Assembly: GCF_048593235.1 (NCBI RefSeq)
Contig: NC_133621.1
Coordinates: 15,230,525-15,294,524 of the forward strand
Source: Sminthopsis crassicaudata
Taxonomy: Eukaryota
Direction of reading: 5' to 3'
Length of the DNA: 64,000 nucleotides
In this document: piece after piece, positions 37,908 through 51,340 of the stretch
How the letters are laid out: the number at the start of each line of letters is the position of its first letter
Position numbering within the stretch: position 1 is the first letter of the stretch
The notes under the pieces: model-generated
Database searches by the model: none
Told to the model about the DNA's origin: nothing
The model's input: only the letters and a program-made list of their open reading frames with translations
Translations under genes and position numbers: made by a program

Positions 37908-40149
37908 AATTCCTTTGGAGGAAGGACAACAAAGCCAGGAAGTGAGGACGTTTGGGTCTGCGTCCTTCTGATGAGCAGAGGCGAGGAGGGCAATTCCTTC
38001 GGGCTCTTTTGTAAAAACGGCCAGGTCTCTACGGCTCTGGGAGGGGTGGGCTGCTTTGGTTCCGTTAGATGCATTTTTGGGGGGGAAACCCATTTTTGCA
38101 GAAAAAAACGGAAGGGGAGAAAAGAGGCCGCCACTGCAGTAGTCCAAGTCACCTAGGACAGTAGTGATCCAAAGCAGACTTGGAAATGCGGAAGCGAATA
38201 AAGAGCGGGGCTGTCCAGAAAAACAAACCAAACCGTCGCCTTGGACTTGGCAGAGGATTCAGGCTGGGAGCTCGAGCTATTGTCCAGTTTCCCCGGCCTC
38301 TCTGCAGCTGGGCCACCGCCACCGGTGGGCAGTGGGCGGCTGGGAAGTGCGTGGAGAGCTGGGATGCCGTTTCATCCTCTCACTCTAAATTTGGGCTAGC
38401 AATTCCAATCGGAACTGGCCGGATGGATTTGTCTGGCCCGCTCGCCTCGGGCTGTCCTTTTCAGGATAGGGACCCTCTGGCCGCCGCTATAGGGTAGGTG
38501 GGCTCCCGCAGGCGAGCTCCCAAAGGGAAGGATGTCCTTTATGCTGCTCGGAAGTCGCCAATGTCCACACTTTAGTCTGGCTTTTAAATTATACACCTGG
38601 TTTTGATTTGGGGTCTTATCACAAATAATTCTCCTATCCACTTTTGGAAATATTTTCTTCTTGTTTTTCTTTCCCTTCTTCTCTCATTCTCTCTCTTCCT
38701 TCTATTCTTNNNNNNNNNNNNNNNNNNNNNNNNNNNNNNNNNNNNNNNNNNNNNNNNNNNNNNNNNNNNNNNNNNNNNNNNNNNNNNNNNNNNNNNNNNN
38801 NNNNNNNNNNNNNNNNNNNNNNNNNNNNNNNNNNNNNNNNNNNNNNNNNNNNNNNNNNNNCATTCTCTCCCACAACGGCTGACACTTTTGCCCCCCCCCC
38901 CTTTTTTTTCTTTTCTTTTTTCTTTTTGTATGCTCACTAACAATTAATAATCGAGGTGATTTCTCCTCCAGGATCCGGGCTCAGGAGAAGGCAGTATTTG
39001 TTCGAAATTTGAAGTCACCCATTCGGACACATTTTAGGTGCATGGAAATGTCCATCTTATGAAATCTCGACCCAGTGTAAACATCCGCTTGGGTCTCAGC
39101 TTGGCCGCCTTCTTGGAGCTGGGACATTAATTTCGTTAATCCCCCTCCGCAGTCAGTTTCTCCCCACCCCCGGCATGCATCCTCTCTCTCTGCGAGCCCA
39201 GTCTTGCTGACACGGATTCGTGCAGCTCCCACTCAGATGTTTGCCTTCCTCTGGCTACTCTCCTGCCCACGTTCCCTTCCTGGGATTTTCAAGGAAGGAT
39301 GGCCACTCAAAAGATCGGCCTTTCAAAGGCTCCCTACCAAGAGGAACTTGGGCACAAAAGAATGGGGAGGGAGAGTTACTGAGGCTGGGCAATTTCCCGC
39401 TGGATTCTAGACCAATACAGACGGTCATTACCCTCGGCTACACTTCAGCTTGTCCTTGGAAAGCCGGATATAAGTGTTTCCCAGAGCAAGCTTCTTTGCC
39501 TCCTCCTTCTCCTCTTTCCCTCCGATTCTAAGGGCCTTCGGAAGATTCTAGTCCAACTTGAGGGGTATCAACTGAAGGTTCTGGGACTCAGCTGGAGCCT
39601 TCTCATTGTCTGCATTTTCGGGTGTATCTGTGTATGTGGGGGGTGACTGGGGGTGGCTAAAAGGCGGGGTGCTGAATCAAGCTTAAGCTTGGAATGGAGC
39701 AGGGAGGGATTCAATAAGGTCATTTCTCTGATAATCAGGAAGTTTTTTTTGTTTTGTTTTATTTTTAATTCCTTTTTCCTCTTTTTATTTTATTTTATAA
39801 TTTTTTTTTGGTCACTGTCTAGGCAATTAATTTGGCCATATCAACTACCACACAATTGTCCTCACTTTTGTCTCCTCTAAACGACTTTGTCCCCTCTTTC
39901 CTCTCCCTCAAGCCCTTCAAAGAAAAAAAAATCTCAAAAAGCAACCAAATCCAGAAGCAATAATGGTTCCTACAAAACCAACACGTTCATTCATTTCTCT
40001 CTGTGTCTTCTCCTACAGGTGCAAGACCCCGAAGGCAACATGTAGAATGAGTAGCCTCAGGATGTTGGTGGCCAGAGCCATTTTCCAAGGTATCCTAAAC
40101 TTCTGCATATATGTGTACATATATACACATACATGTACACACACACACG

Positions 40150-40190
<41 letters not shown>

Positions 40191-43100
40191 AAACCTTTTT
40201 TTGAAGAGGTTCCTAATTGCTCATATTTGGGACTTGCAAATATAGTAAATTGGGGCAGGCCAATTGGGAGCAGCCTAGTTTTCTGTGGAAGTTGTTGGAT
40301 ATGGATGTATGGATGCACTGAAGGAAACCTCTCCCCAATATTTCCATCCAAGAGAGACCACATAAGCCCACCCATAGCTTTTTCTGTCCTATTTGAGAGT
40401 TTAACTAGGAGCTGCTGTTGTAATTAGAGATCAAAAATTAAAAAAAACAAAAAACAAAAAACCAGCCACGATCACCACCGGGTGCCCCGAAGAATTTGTG
40501 TCCATTTCTATGCAACCGGCCCCCTCTCAATTCCTCTGCTCACAATCCCAAGCAACCACACCGCCTTTGACCCTTCCTCATCGCTGCTCAGACAGGGAAC
40601 ACTTTCGGCTTCCCTTGGCATTTTTTCTTAATCAAACCAGTAGTTAAAAAAAATAACAATAATACCCACCTTAATGATACTATTAATTATTATAAATCTT
40701 TCCTGCCATCAATATCCTATGAATAATTATCAGTTTTTACCCTAAGAACCCCAAATCCTGTTTCCTCTCTCTCTGCATATAAAACCTCTTCAGCTGACTG
40801 GAAGCCAAAGCTGATTAATATTTCCCCACACTAACTTCTGAGAGAAGGAGCATTTTTAAAAAATCTCTTTGAGAATTATTTTTAGTCTTATTGCTGTCAA
40901 AAGTTGGGAGTGGGAGAGGATAGCAAATAAGTAATTCTTCCCAAAAAGATTATTTGAGTTCTGCCCCCATTCTCCCTGCATCCTTTGGTTCAAGAAGCTT
41001 TGTGGTAAATGACTATTTCGATGGTGATATCATTCAGTCTGATTTTGTTAGCATTTATTTATCAATAACAAAGTCAGTTTCCCCTTCACCCTTCTCCTGA
41101 ATGCATCTGGGGCCAACTTTGCCTGGCTTGGCCTGGAGACCCTTCTAAAATTCAGAGGAAAGACTCTCCCTATCCATTTGGGAGTACTCCCCAGCAGAGT
41201 GACTGCTCCAGGGCCCTTTCTAGTCTGTCCAGCACCATTCTCCAACGAAGAAAGCTAACCCCTGCCTCTCAGGGCCTAGTGGGAAGCCATTAGCTGGGTA
41301 CCAGCTGCAGTGGCCCCAGCTCGGCCTTGAACCAGGACTTGCTCTGCTAATGCTTCTCTTCTGCTTCGACAGAAATAAAGGGTAACCTCTGTCTAGCATG
41401 CATTGTCTCTATTTCGACTATATTTGTGAAAGGGTGGAGAGTATGGGGGGGCAAGAGGATGAGAGAAAAGAAAGGTCTCTTTAGGAGCACATTTTGGGTT
41501 TTGTGTTCTTCATAATTCCGGTTTTTCTTGACTGACATTCTGTCCAGTGGACAGCAGTTCATATATCAGTCTGGTTATGACTAACGAAAATCGAGATGTG
41601 GCTCTCGGGCTAACGAGCTTCGACCTGGCCTAGTCATTTCTGGATCTCCCCAAGAACTCCACAGACCGCCTAAGTGCACACAATCCAGAATCCTTTCCCC
41701 CAGTTAGCAGTGAACAGATGGGGGTGTGTGTATAGTAGGAGGAGGGAGCTTCAGAGCTTTTCTTTCCTTTTCAACAATGATTTCCAGGGGCCCCCTTTGG
41801 ATTCATTTTGAGCCGTCTGGTTTGCTTTAGACATGTGCCAATCATTACCTGCAGCAGGGATAAGACCGAACAGCGGGTGGGCAGGCGCGATTAAAAATGC
41901 AGGCGAGGTATTTCTGAACCACAGACGCCCTAGGAACAAGCAGGCGGCTGGAAGCCAGTCGGCCTGCTGTGGGGTGCGTTCTGGACCCTGGCAATCACCC
42001 TTCGTGCATTTTTGCCAGAATGGGTAAAGGAAAGACAAGAGAGTTTTGCCCCAAACACCATCAGGAATCTCTTCAAGATTTGGTTCAGTCCCATCTCAAG
42101 GTCTCCAGGGCTCTAAGTCCTGGCACTGAGATTCAGGACCTGTCAGATGTAAAAAGAGGTGTGTATTGGGGGGAGGGGGAGAGGATTGTCCAACAGTTGG
42201 GCTTTGGAGACCCAAAGAAGGGAGGGAGTCTCCCCCACCCACATGGCACCCAAATTGTCTCTCCTTTCCACTGGAAGGCCCTCTTGAAGGCCTCATTTTC
42301 CCCTGACCATATTAAAAGGCCTCAGGGGCCTAACCCCAAGGTGTCTTTCAGCAAACTCGGCTAGACCAGTCTGAATTTTACAAATGGAAAGAGGAAACAA
42401 AAGGAAAAAAAATCCGAAAGAAACTGCCCAGGCTCCAGACTGCCCAGGAGATCCCCAGACATGATCTCAACCCAGATCGACGGCACAGTGGTCTTTCAAT
42501 GAGTCCCCCCAAACCCCAAGCCATGCGCCTCCCTAACCCACCTTCAAACACTCCAGTCTCCCTCGGTTCTTACCCTGCCGGGTACTGCATGCTCGTTGTG
42601 GCCGGATCTTGGTGGAATCAGAAAGCGTCCAGAAAGTGCAGAGGGGGCAGGCGCTGCATACCTTCTTAGCGCCCAGGATCCTCTGATGCTCTCTCTCTCC
42701 CTACCTCCCTCTGTCCCTCCCTTTCTCTCTCTCTCATCTCCCCCCCTTCCCCCCTCTTTTTCTGTCTCTCTGTCTTTTTCTGTCTCCCTGTTTCTATCTT
42801 TTTCTGTCTCTGTCTGTCTGTCTCTTTCTGTAGAAAAAGATGATGAGAGGCCGACCAGCCATCTTCAGCTGCACTGTTTGTTTCTTCAGGCACTTCAGCG
42901 GGCGGCCGGGAGGTGGGGGGTGGGGGGTGGGGGAGCCCGTAGATGGACGGTTTTCAAAACAAAACAATCCCCTCCCAAAGGAAAAATACAATAATAAAAA
43001 CGCGTCGGTACTCCAAGCAGCCAGGTTTGCTCGCCTTCAACGTTTTGCCAGGAATTAATGAGTCTGAGAGAACAAAGTCACAAAGAAAGACTGCACCGTT

Positions 43101-46100
43101 GCAGCCGCCGGCTCCATTTCTCCCACCCCCAGGGTGTAGGGTGGGCTCTGGAGAGACCAGAGTCCCCTCTCTCTACTCCCTTCCAGCACGGCAGAGGGCC
43201 TGGCCACAGACATGACCGTGGATGGCGCGCAAGAGGACTTGACCTTTACGCCGCGGAGGAGGGAGCTTTCTTTCACTATACAGAGGGAAAGGGGGGGGGG
43301 GCAGGGAGAGGGAGGGGGGAGTGAAGGAGGGCGGAGGAGAGATCCTCTTTATCTCGGGAACTTTCCAACGCTATTCCGTCCAATAGCAACCGGGACAGTT
43401 CCTATTCCTGTCTGCCAGTCTTGGGTAAAGGAGAACTTCCCCTCCCCACCCCACTATCTCCACTTCTTACCCTCTTTCCAGGTCCAGGCTTTGTGTAAAG
43501 TGACCACCCTGCCTGAGAGACTGGGGCCACAACGACGGGGAAGAGCAGAGTCTCTCTCCACCCCCAGCCCCCCCAGCCTAACCAGATCTGAAATGCCTTT
43601 TACTACTCCTGAGTCACCCGAGGCCGGTCCTCTGGCCCTTCCATCACTATAGGACCACAGTGTGTTCTGCAACATTCAACCTAGAAACGAGGGTCTCTGG
43701 CCTGGGGTGAGAGGAGAGGAAAAAAGGCCAAAGAGTGGAAGCTCCAGTCCCTCTCCCCTCCAATCCTTCTTCTAACTCCTCATGACCCAAGGAGGCCCGG
43801 TCTTCAGAAAGGATCTGTGCCGAAGGCCGTGATAACGAGTACTCCCTCATTTTGCCTTTGCCTTCTCCCTTAACCAAAATCTCCCTTATCACACCCGAGA
43901 ATTAACGTTCTTAGTCGTGGCCTTTTAGTGTCTAAACACCAGGCCCGAGAAAGGCCCTCCTGGGCCTGGAGCCCGAGTTCTAGGACTGGCTGACCGCCAC
44001 TGGCTCTCCAGTCAGCCCTTCCGAGCCGCCGGAGAGGCCGCCGGCAGCTCTCGGGGCCACCCTGCATGGGCAGGGGCTCCGCAGGCGGCCCAAGGAACCC
44101 AGAACTCCGAATAGCGCCTAAACAAATACAGGATTTTCCAGCGGAAGTATTTGGGGGAGAAAAACACAGTTTCTTTTCAGCCAGTCTTAGAATTCCTTTT
44201 AGGAAATATGTCGCTGTCAAGTTTTATTTCCCGTTGCAAACCGCCTTCTACTCTGCCAAGAATTAAGACGGAGAGCGATTAAATACCCACTTATTCTCTT
44301 GTCGGGGGCCCGGACCCGGTGAGGGTGGGGGCCGCACAATCTAGCCAGCCATTCGTTTTACTGTGTCCGTCCTCCTTCAACAACACCCAAATGAATCCCA
44401 TCTTTCAGAACCCAACTCCAAGGCTGCAGTGACGTCAGCATACATCAACTGAGAATGCCAGCCTTCAGCTGCGGCTAGGGTCGGGAAGCGCCTGCCCGAG
44501 CCTTGGGAACCGTCTCTCCCCCCTGCAGGCCCCACACCCCCAAAACGAGTCTCGCTGCCAGCGCCCCGGGGACTCAGGTAGACCCCCCCTCCCCCTCCAA
44601 GCCTGCGTGCTATTCGCACCACACACACCCCTCCTTCCCGCCTAGAACTCCCGTCAGGATCTCTCTTCGGGTACCATTTTGCTCCGACTTCGCTTTGTAG
44701 CCGGGATTTATGCACGCGTCCCAAATGAAAGGAAAGCCTGGTGCGTCCGCGTGTGACAGATCCCCGTCCAAACCACCGTCCCTTCCGTTCCCCCTATCTC
44801 GCCTTTATTCCCCCGGGCCTGTTTGGACGTCCTGCTCCTCCTCGAAAGGCGTTTGCGGGTCTGGCTTCCTGCGCCTCAGCTCCGACCGGGCGATGGCTCG
44901 GCGGCCCCAGGGCTGTGCCCGAAAGCGGCCCAGCCGAGGAAGGCCTGGCCCGCCGGGCTAGCGGGGTTCGGGGCAGAGGAATATCGACGTTCTCGCAGCT
45001 TTTCTCTCCTTCAATGAACAAAACAAGCCACGCCACCGTCTCCCCGATCGTCCTCGGTGGGGAGAAGGTGCCGCGTCCGCCGAAGGGGGCCCTTCCCGTT
45101 TCGGGAGGAATTAAGCAGCTATTATTTACGCGCCGGCCGGAGCAGATGAAAACTTAATTGGCGTGCCGTCCGGGGAGCGCGGCGTAAATCTCTCCCCGCC
45201 TATCGGCTGCATCTCTGCTTATGAAAAATGGCATCGGAGCGAGCGGCCGGCCGTTTCTCGGCTCCTCCGCCAGGTCCGGGGCTGTTGACACGCATTCGAT
45301 CAAGTTTAAAGGAATGCGCATAAATCAGTGGGGGGACCGGGCCTCCGTCTCCGGCTTCGAGGTCCCGCACGGAGGGAGGGGAGGAGGGAAGAGAGCAGGA
45401 CTCCCCAGAGCGGCCAACCCCGGGGCTCGGGGTGGGATCCAGAGTCCCAGTACGCTTTAGACAAGCCGGGAAAGCGTGGAGAGATGCAGGGAACGGAGCA
45501 CAGCTGAAGAGGCCGGTTGCAGAAAACACCAGCAAACAAGAGCCCATCCACTACTCGGCAAGTGTGCAGAAGCACCCGGCCGATTCCACTGTGGAAAGCT
45601 TTCTCCGGTACAGAAGCCATAGAGTTGATTTTTTTTTTTTTTTTTTTTTTAAGAAAAGACTGAATTTGAGGTGTGCTTCCCCCCTCCCTCCAACGCATTA
45701 CATTTCACATTTGTGTGTATGTATGTGCTTTGCAATTTCAAAGAGGTCTATTTAAAAACTCCAGACTGTGCGTAAACAGCAGTGGAATGCACAGAGCAAC
45801 GTGTTACAAATTCTCTCGTGAAATGCCTTTAATAAACTCGATTACGTAAAAACCCTGATGCAATAAATAAGGCTAAAGGGCCTAGCGTTGATCACTGTTG
45901 ATCGACCAACCTCTTCTGGGTGTATATGTGGTTTGCTTTGGTTTTTTTAAGCCTACGAGACTTTTCCGGCCCGGACGCAGCGGGACTAGCCCAAGGCCAG
46001 TGTTAGTCAATTTCACGAATGTTTTCAAGCTGCGCCCAAAGCCCTCCCGCTTTGATTTTTAGGAGGCTCCAGGGAAGGAGAGAAAGAGGGAGAAAGACCG

Positions 46101-47185
46101 ACAGACGGAGAAAGAGACACAGAGAGACAGACGTAGAAAGGTGTAGACACAGAAACAAGGACAGAGTGAAGGACAGAGTGAAAGACAGGAAGAAAAAAGA
46201 GGGGAAGGAGAAGGAGAAGGAAAAGAAGGATCAGGANNNNNNNNNNNNNNNNNNNNNNNNNNNNNNNNNNNNNNNNNNNNNNNNNNNNNNNNNNNNNNNN
46301 NNNNNNNNNNNNNNNNNNNNNNNNNNNNNNNNNNNNNNNNNNNNNNNNNNNNNNNNNNNNNNNNNNNNNNNNNNNNNNNNNNNNNNNNNNNNNNNNNNNN
46401 NNNNNNNNNNNNNNNNNNNNNNNNNNNNNNNNNNNNNNNNNNNNNNNNNNNNNNNNNNNNNNNNNNNNNNNNNNNNNNNNNNNNNNNNNNNNNNNNNNNN
46501 NNNNNNNNNNNNNNNNNNNNNNNNNNNNNNNNNNNNNNNNNNNNNNNNNNNNNNNNNNNNNNNNNNNNNNNNNNNNNNNNNNNNNNNNNNNNNNNNNNNN
46601 NNNNNNNNNNNNNNNTGTCTGAGCATTACCCAGCTCTCTCTGTTCCCCTAGTTCATATCAGGTCTCCACAAGTTTCCGCAGCTACCATCATTATCTCACA
46701 GATTAATTAACATTTAAAATAAGAGAGCAGTGAAGAAACACCATCAGCATAATGGAAGTCTCTTTAGACCTATAAAAATCTGCCTCCTCCCAATCCCCCC
46801 ATTGCCAAGGCTATGTCTATGCAGGTTACAAGTCTCCTTGTGGAGAGGGCGCAGAAAACAAAACCGAAGGAACCGGTGCTGGGTGCTAGTATCAGGCCTT
46901 CGAAGAAGGAGCCCTGAGGTCACCCCATTTGCTGCCTACCAGCTTTCCAAACCAGGATAATTAGTAAATTACTCCATTCTCTAGACATAAATACCCGTGC
47001 ACCAACAGAAGTTTCCCTGACTACATGTCTACAAATAAACAAACATGAAAAAGGAATAAGAGAGGCTCTGTAGACTTCCCCAAAGAGCCTATAGATGATC
47101 TATGTTGCCCTTGAGGTGCAGTTACATTAGGAAATATACTTGGGGTGTGTTTGTGTGTAAGTGTGTATTTTATATAGAGAGAGCC
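37908..47185 (+). repeat. 9272-bp tandem duplication, copy 2 (6 extra N in its second gap)
   Basis: Junction GAGAGCC-AA-TTCC at 37908-37909; unique sequence resumes at 47188. Confidence 0.97.
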
Positions 47186-48561
47186 AAGGTAGATTATTTT
47201 CATTTGACTCAAACAACAACAACAACAAAACAAACACACAAAAAACCCAAACCAAACTTTAAAATCCTTATAACTTCAGGGTAGGATTACATTTTATAGA
47301 TTTACTCTGGTAATAATTTTTAGGTGGCAGGCTTAGGGAGAAATACTTTCATTTTCTCTGTATAATTATGTGTCTTAAAGAAGAAGGTCCAGTTTTATGG
47401 AAGTGCTAGGAACACCATCAGGAAAATCTTTCCTGGGTTGTTTATGCGTGCTTGTGTAGCTCACAACTGAACATGACTGTATCATTCTATGCCATGCTAA
47501 AGTAGGCTTCGGCCCATCCTTAGTGAGGTCCTATTTCCAATATAAATAGAAAGTCAAACTCTCCAACAAAAGCCTAAACATAAAGTCTTATGTGTGTATA
47601 CACACATGACCACAAATACATGCACACTACACCGATATGAACATATGTAAATACATTATATCGGTGTATATATTCATATTCTTTCTTTAAAAAAAAAAAC
47701 CCTAATAGGCAGATCTCACAAACTTTCAACTCATAACTGTATGCTAGCAAAATAACACTCAGCTTCTGGACCTCCAATAGATTTTCCCTATGAATGACTG
47801 TTAGACTCAGATCTGTAGCTCTGAAATCAAGAAGGGTCTCCATATTGACCTTTAAAGAGGTAGGTTTCTTTGAATTTCTGAAATGTAATTCTAGAAGTCT
47901 ATAGTTAGCAAGGCATCTAAAACCTTTTTTTATTTGCCGTAAAGGTTCTCTAATAATTCTAATTAGGCTGGTAGACCACCTTAGGAGACGACGGGAAGGA
48001 AGGAAAGGTTATTTAGGCAGGCCTCCTATACTGTAATAAACATTTTTAGCTTTGAAAATACACCCATGTACTTCTGACAAAGCGGAAAGGATCTGTTATT
48101 TAGATGGCCTAAACTAGCTTCGAAATGACCGTTATTATAATTTTTAAATGATATTCTATATCACCGAAAGCACAAGAGTACGGAGAGATTCCTCAACTTC
48201 ATGAATCATCACACATTGTCAACATTAGCCCAAAACACTTTAACCAGAAAAAACATTTACAAAATATTTTCAAACCTGGTAGTACGTGCCTCTTATTAAA
48301 AACATTTTTTTTTTTTTTTTTTTTTACTGTATCTACCAAATGTAAAGTATCTACAAATCTATATAATTTATAATTGACACCTATTTACATTTGCTTCTTC
48401 TGGAGCTAGCCTTCCCCCCCCCCCAAAAAAAAAAAAAAAGGACAACTCTGCTTTGGGCCTAGTAGCTACCTCGAATCCATTCCCTCCCCATTCCCTCTTC
48501 TCCCATTCCCCAACAGCTTAAGAAACTCTGAAAACAAGCCGAATGACAACAATTCTCTGAA

Positions 48562-48575
48562 ACACCAGGTGGCGC
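48562..48575 (+). promoter_or_regulatory. Candidate CTCF site pointing away from the cluster
   Basis: ACACCAGGTGGCGC, 13/14 to consensus. Confidence 0.65.
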
Positions 48576-49239
48576 TCTTGATCCACCAATCCCAAAGAGG
48601 CCGATTCATGAGCTGTCAAAAGTCAAGGTCACAAATTGTCTTTTTTCCTCAAGGTCAAGGTTTAGGGCCTTTCCTAGTCTTGTCATTTCAACAAATATTT
48701 TCAACCTGCACTTTTAGAATTTGGACTATCTCTAAACTCCTTTCTGGTTCTAAAATTATAATGAATTTATGTTCCCATAAATTACTCCCCATGATTTAAA
48801 AATCAAAGAAGGTCATGAGACATGCCCTTCTCCTCTCCCCAAAGAAGAAGAAGAATGGTTACACTTTAAAGATAACCTGGAAGCCAGTTGGAGGTGATTT
48901 GGGACATGTAAATGTATAATGGTTTACAATAGAAGCTTAACCACAAAGGCTGGATTGAACTGGCAAGTAGTATTTAGCTTTTACTGGGACAAAAGGTGAA
49001 TGGTGAAGTGTCTCAAGAAAATAGAGGCAAAAAGAATGAAAATGATAAATGTTGGGGAAGACAGGAACACAAATATAATGTTGTTGGAGCTGAGGATTGG
49101 TCTAGACTTTTGGAAAACTATTTGGAATTATGCAAATTATGAATGCAAATGTAATATGAATTATTAAACAGTACATTTCCTGGGACCTACTGATAGAGTA
49201 CTACTAAGTGGCACAGAGAGAGCCTTAAGTAAATTCTGT

Positions 49240-49400
49240 TATAGTCACTTGTGTAAACTTGGGCAAGTCATTTAATCTCTCTCTACCTCCTTTGCCTTGT
49301 CTATAAAATGAGGATAATGACAATAAGAATAGCATCTACCTCACAGGCTTGATGTAAGAATCACAAGATGGTAGGTATAATTTTAAGGCATTGTACAAAT
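49240..49400 (+). mobile_element. MIR-family SINE fragment
   Basis: CORE-like TTGGGCAAGTCATTTAATCTCTCT...CTATAAAATGAGGATAATGA...ATCTACCTCACAGG. Confidence 0.75.
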
Positions 49401-49479
49401 GCCAGTTATTTCCATTATTGGGAATAAATCCCAAAGATTTATTTGGTCAATAAGAATTGACCAAAGAAGGTCAATGGCA

Positions 49480-50200
49480 GAGGGAAAGATCCTTTATGTA
49501 CAAGAATATTTATGATGATGCATTTTTGTGATAACAAAGAGTTAGAAGAAAAGTTGGGTTCTATATATGGATTAGAGAATGGCTTTAAAAATTAATATAT
49601 GAATATAATGGAGTATTGTTGCATCCATATGGGAGATGTCAAGTGAGGGATGACAGGGGGCACCTCAGTGTCTCCACTGGTATCCTTATGATATCGAGGA
49701 GAAATGAGGAAGGTTTCTGGTATGTTGGGTGACCCTCTGGGCTAACCTTTTGGGAGGACAAGGTCAAGAATTGTTCAGGTTGGGTTGAGATCCACATTGT
49801 TGGAGGCAACATCTGAATCAACAGGTATATGGATAATACAGCATTTATATTATTGCTCCATAAAAAATGACAAACGTGAGGAAATTTGGAACTATTTGGG
49901 AACCCATGCAGAAACTGAGGCAGAGCCAAAGAACTGAAGGAGAAGAATACTTTACTCAATCATTACAGGGTGGCAAGTCTTAACTTCAGAGGACTGCTTC
50001 GTGGCAAAAATATGGTGGAATGTGGTTGGGGGAATGAGACGTGTTCTTAGACATATTTAACATGTTGACTTGTTTTGCTTGACTGTACTTATTTATTACA
50101 AGAGAATATTTTAGGGGGAAGGGAGGAAATGAGGCTTTGGAAATACTGGTTATGTACATCAGAAAGAGATAGAAAGGAGATCCTTTATGTAATAACAAAT
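49480..50200 (+). mobile_element. Old marsupial L1 3'-region fragments (discontinuous)
   Basis: TGTACAAGAATATTTAT...GAGAATGGCT...ATATGAATATAATGGAGTATT and TGTTTTGCTTGACTGTACTTATT resemble L1 ORF2 end and 3' UTR (recalled similarity). Confidence 0.5.
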
Positions 50201-51244
50201 GAAAGGAAAAAGGCTTGAAAAGAACATGGTGGTCAAAAGATGATGGATTTAGGATTCTAGTCTAGAAGAAAGGACTTGGTCATAAGTTTAGGGTAAAAGT
50301 AAAGAAAAGGCTAAGGGATGGGCTAATCAAGGGCCTGAGTTTTAAAGGGAATGTCATTTTAAAAATTCTCTCTTCAGGAGTGGGAGTGTTTGACTTGGGA
50401 CAGGTTAGTGCCCTGATTGTAAAAGTACAACAGTCTTGGATACTGGCTCATAGTCCTGAGCTACTAAAAAAACTCAGATCTCTCNNNNNNNNNNNNNNNN
50501 NNNNNNNNNNNNNNNNNNNNNNNNNNNNNNNNNNNNNNNNNNNNNNNNNNNNNNNNNNNNNNNNNNNNNNNNNNNNNNNNNNNNNNNNNNNNNNNNNNNN
50601 NNNNNNNNNNNNNNNNNNNNNNNNNNNNNNNNNNNNNNNNNNNNNNNNNNNNNNNNNNNNNNNNNNNNNNNNNNNNNNNNNNNNNNNNNNNNNNNNNNNN
50701 NNNNNNNNNNNNNNNNNNNNNNNNNNNNNNNNNNNNNNNNNNNNNNNNNNNNNNNNNNNNNNNNNNNNNNNNNNNNNNNNNNNNNNNNNNNNNNNNNNNN
50801 NNNNNNNNNNNNNNNNNNNNNNNNNNNNNNNNNNNNNNNNNNNNNNNNNNNNNNNNNNNNNNNNNNNNNNNNNNNNNNNNNNNNNACCAGATTGGAAATC
50901 AAAATAGGATCAGAGGGAAAAGAATTGAGGAATCCTTAAAGCCAGGGCCACAACCTGAGAGGAAAAGTTCTCCCTTTTAGTTCTTGAAGGCTGCATGATT
51001 ATTAAGGAATTTGATATCCCAAGGGCTTGAGCCTTATTGTTTTACAAGTAGAAAATGATCTCTAAATCCAAAATCTCTCATGTCAGGGGATATTCTGTTC
51101 ATCTCTACAAATACTGACTAATTCACCTAGACAGAAAATAATCATTCAAACTAGTCACGAAGTCTAGCATGGCCACTGCTGAATTTTTCATTCTTCATTT
51201 GGATGTACTAAGCATGTCCCTATGGGAGTTAGTGTAAAGAACAA

Positions 51245-51340
51245 TGAGCTGGGACTCAGAAAGCCTGGGTTTGAATCCAGTTTTTATAATTAGCCAACTG
51301 TGTGAGTTTGAGGCGAGTCTTTTGCCTCAGTTTCCCATGA
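51245..51340 (+). mobile_element. MIR-family SINE fragment
   Basis: B-box-like CCTGGGTTTGAATCC, then TGTGTGAG...GCCTCAGTTTCCC. Confidence 0.7.

Noticed and set aside
37743-38231. 162-aa ORF crossing the duplication junction (extends the 113-aa ORF at 28618-28959)
   Set aside because: No recognisable domain or coding signature; a chance fusion of non-coding frames.
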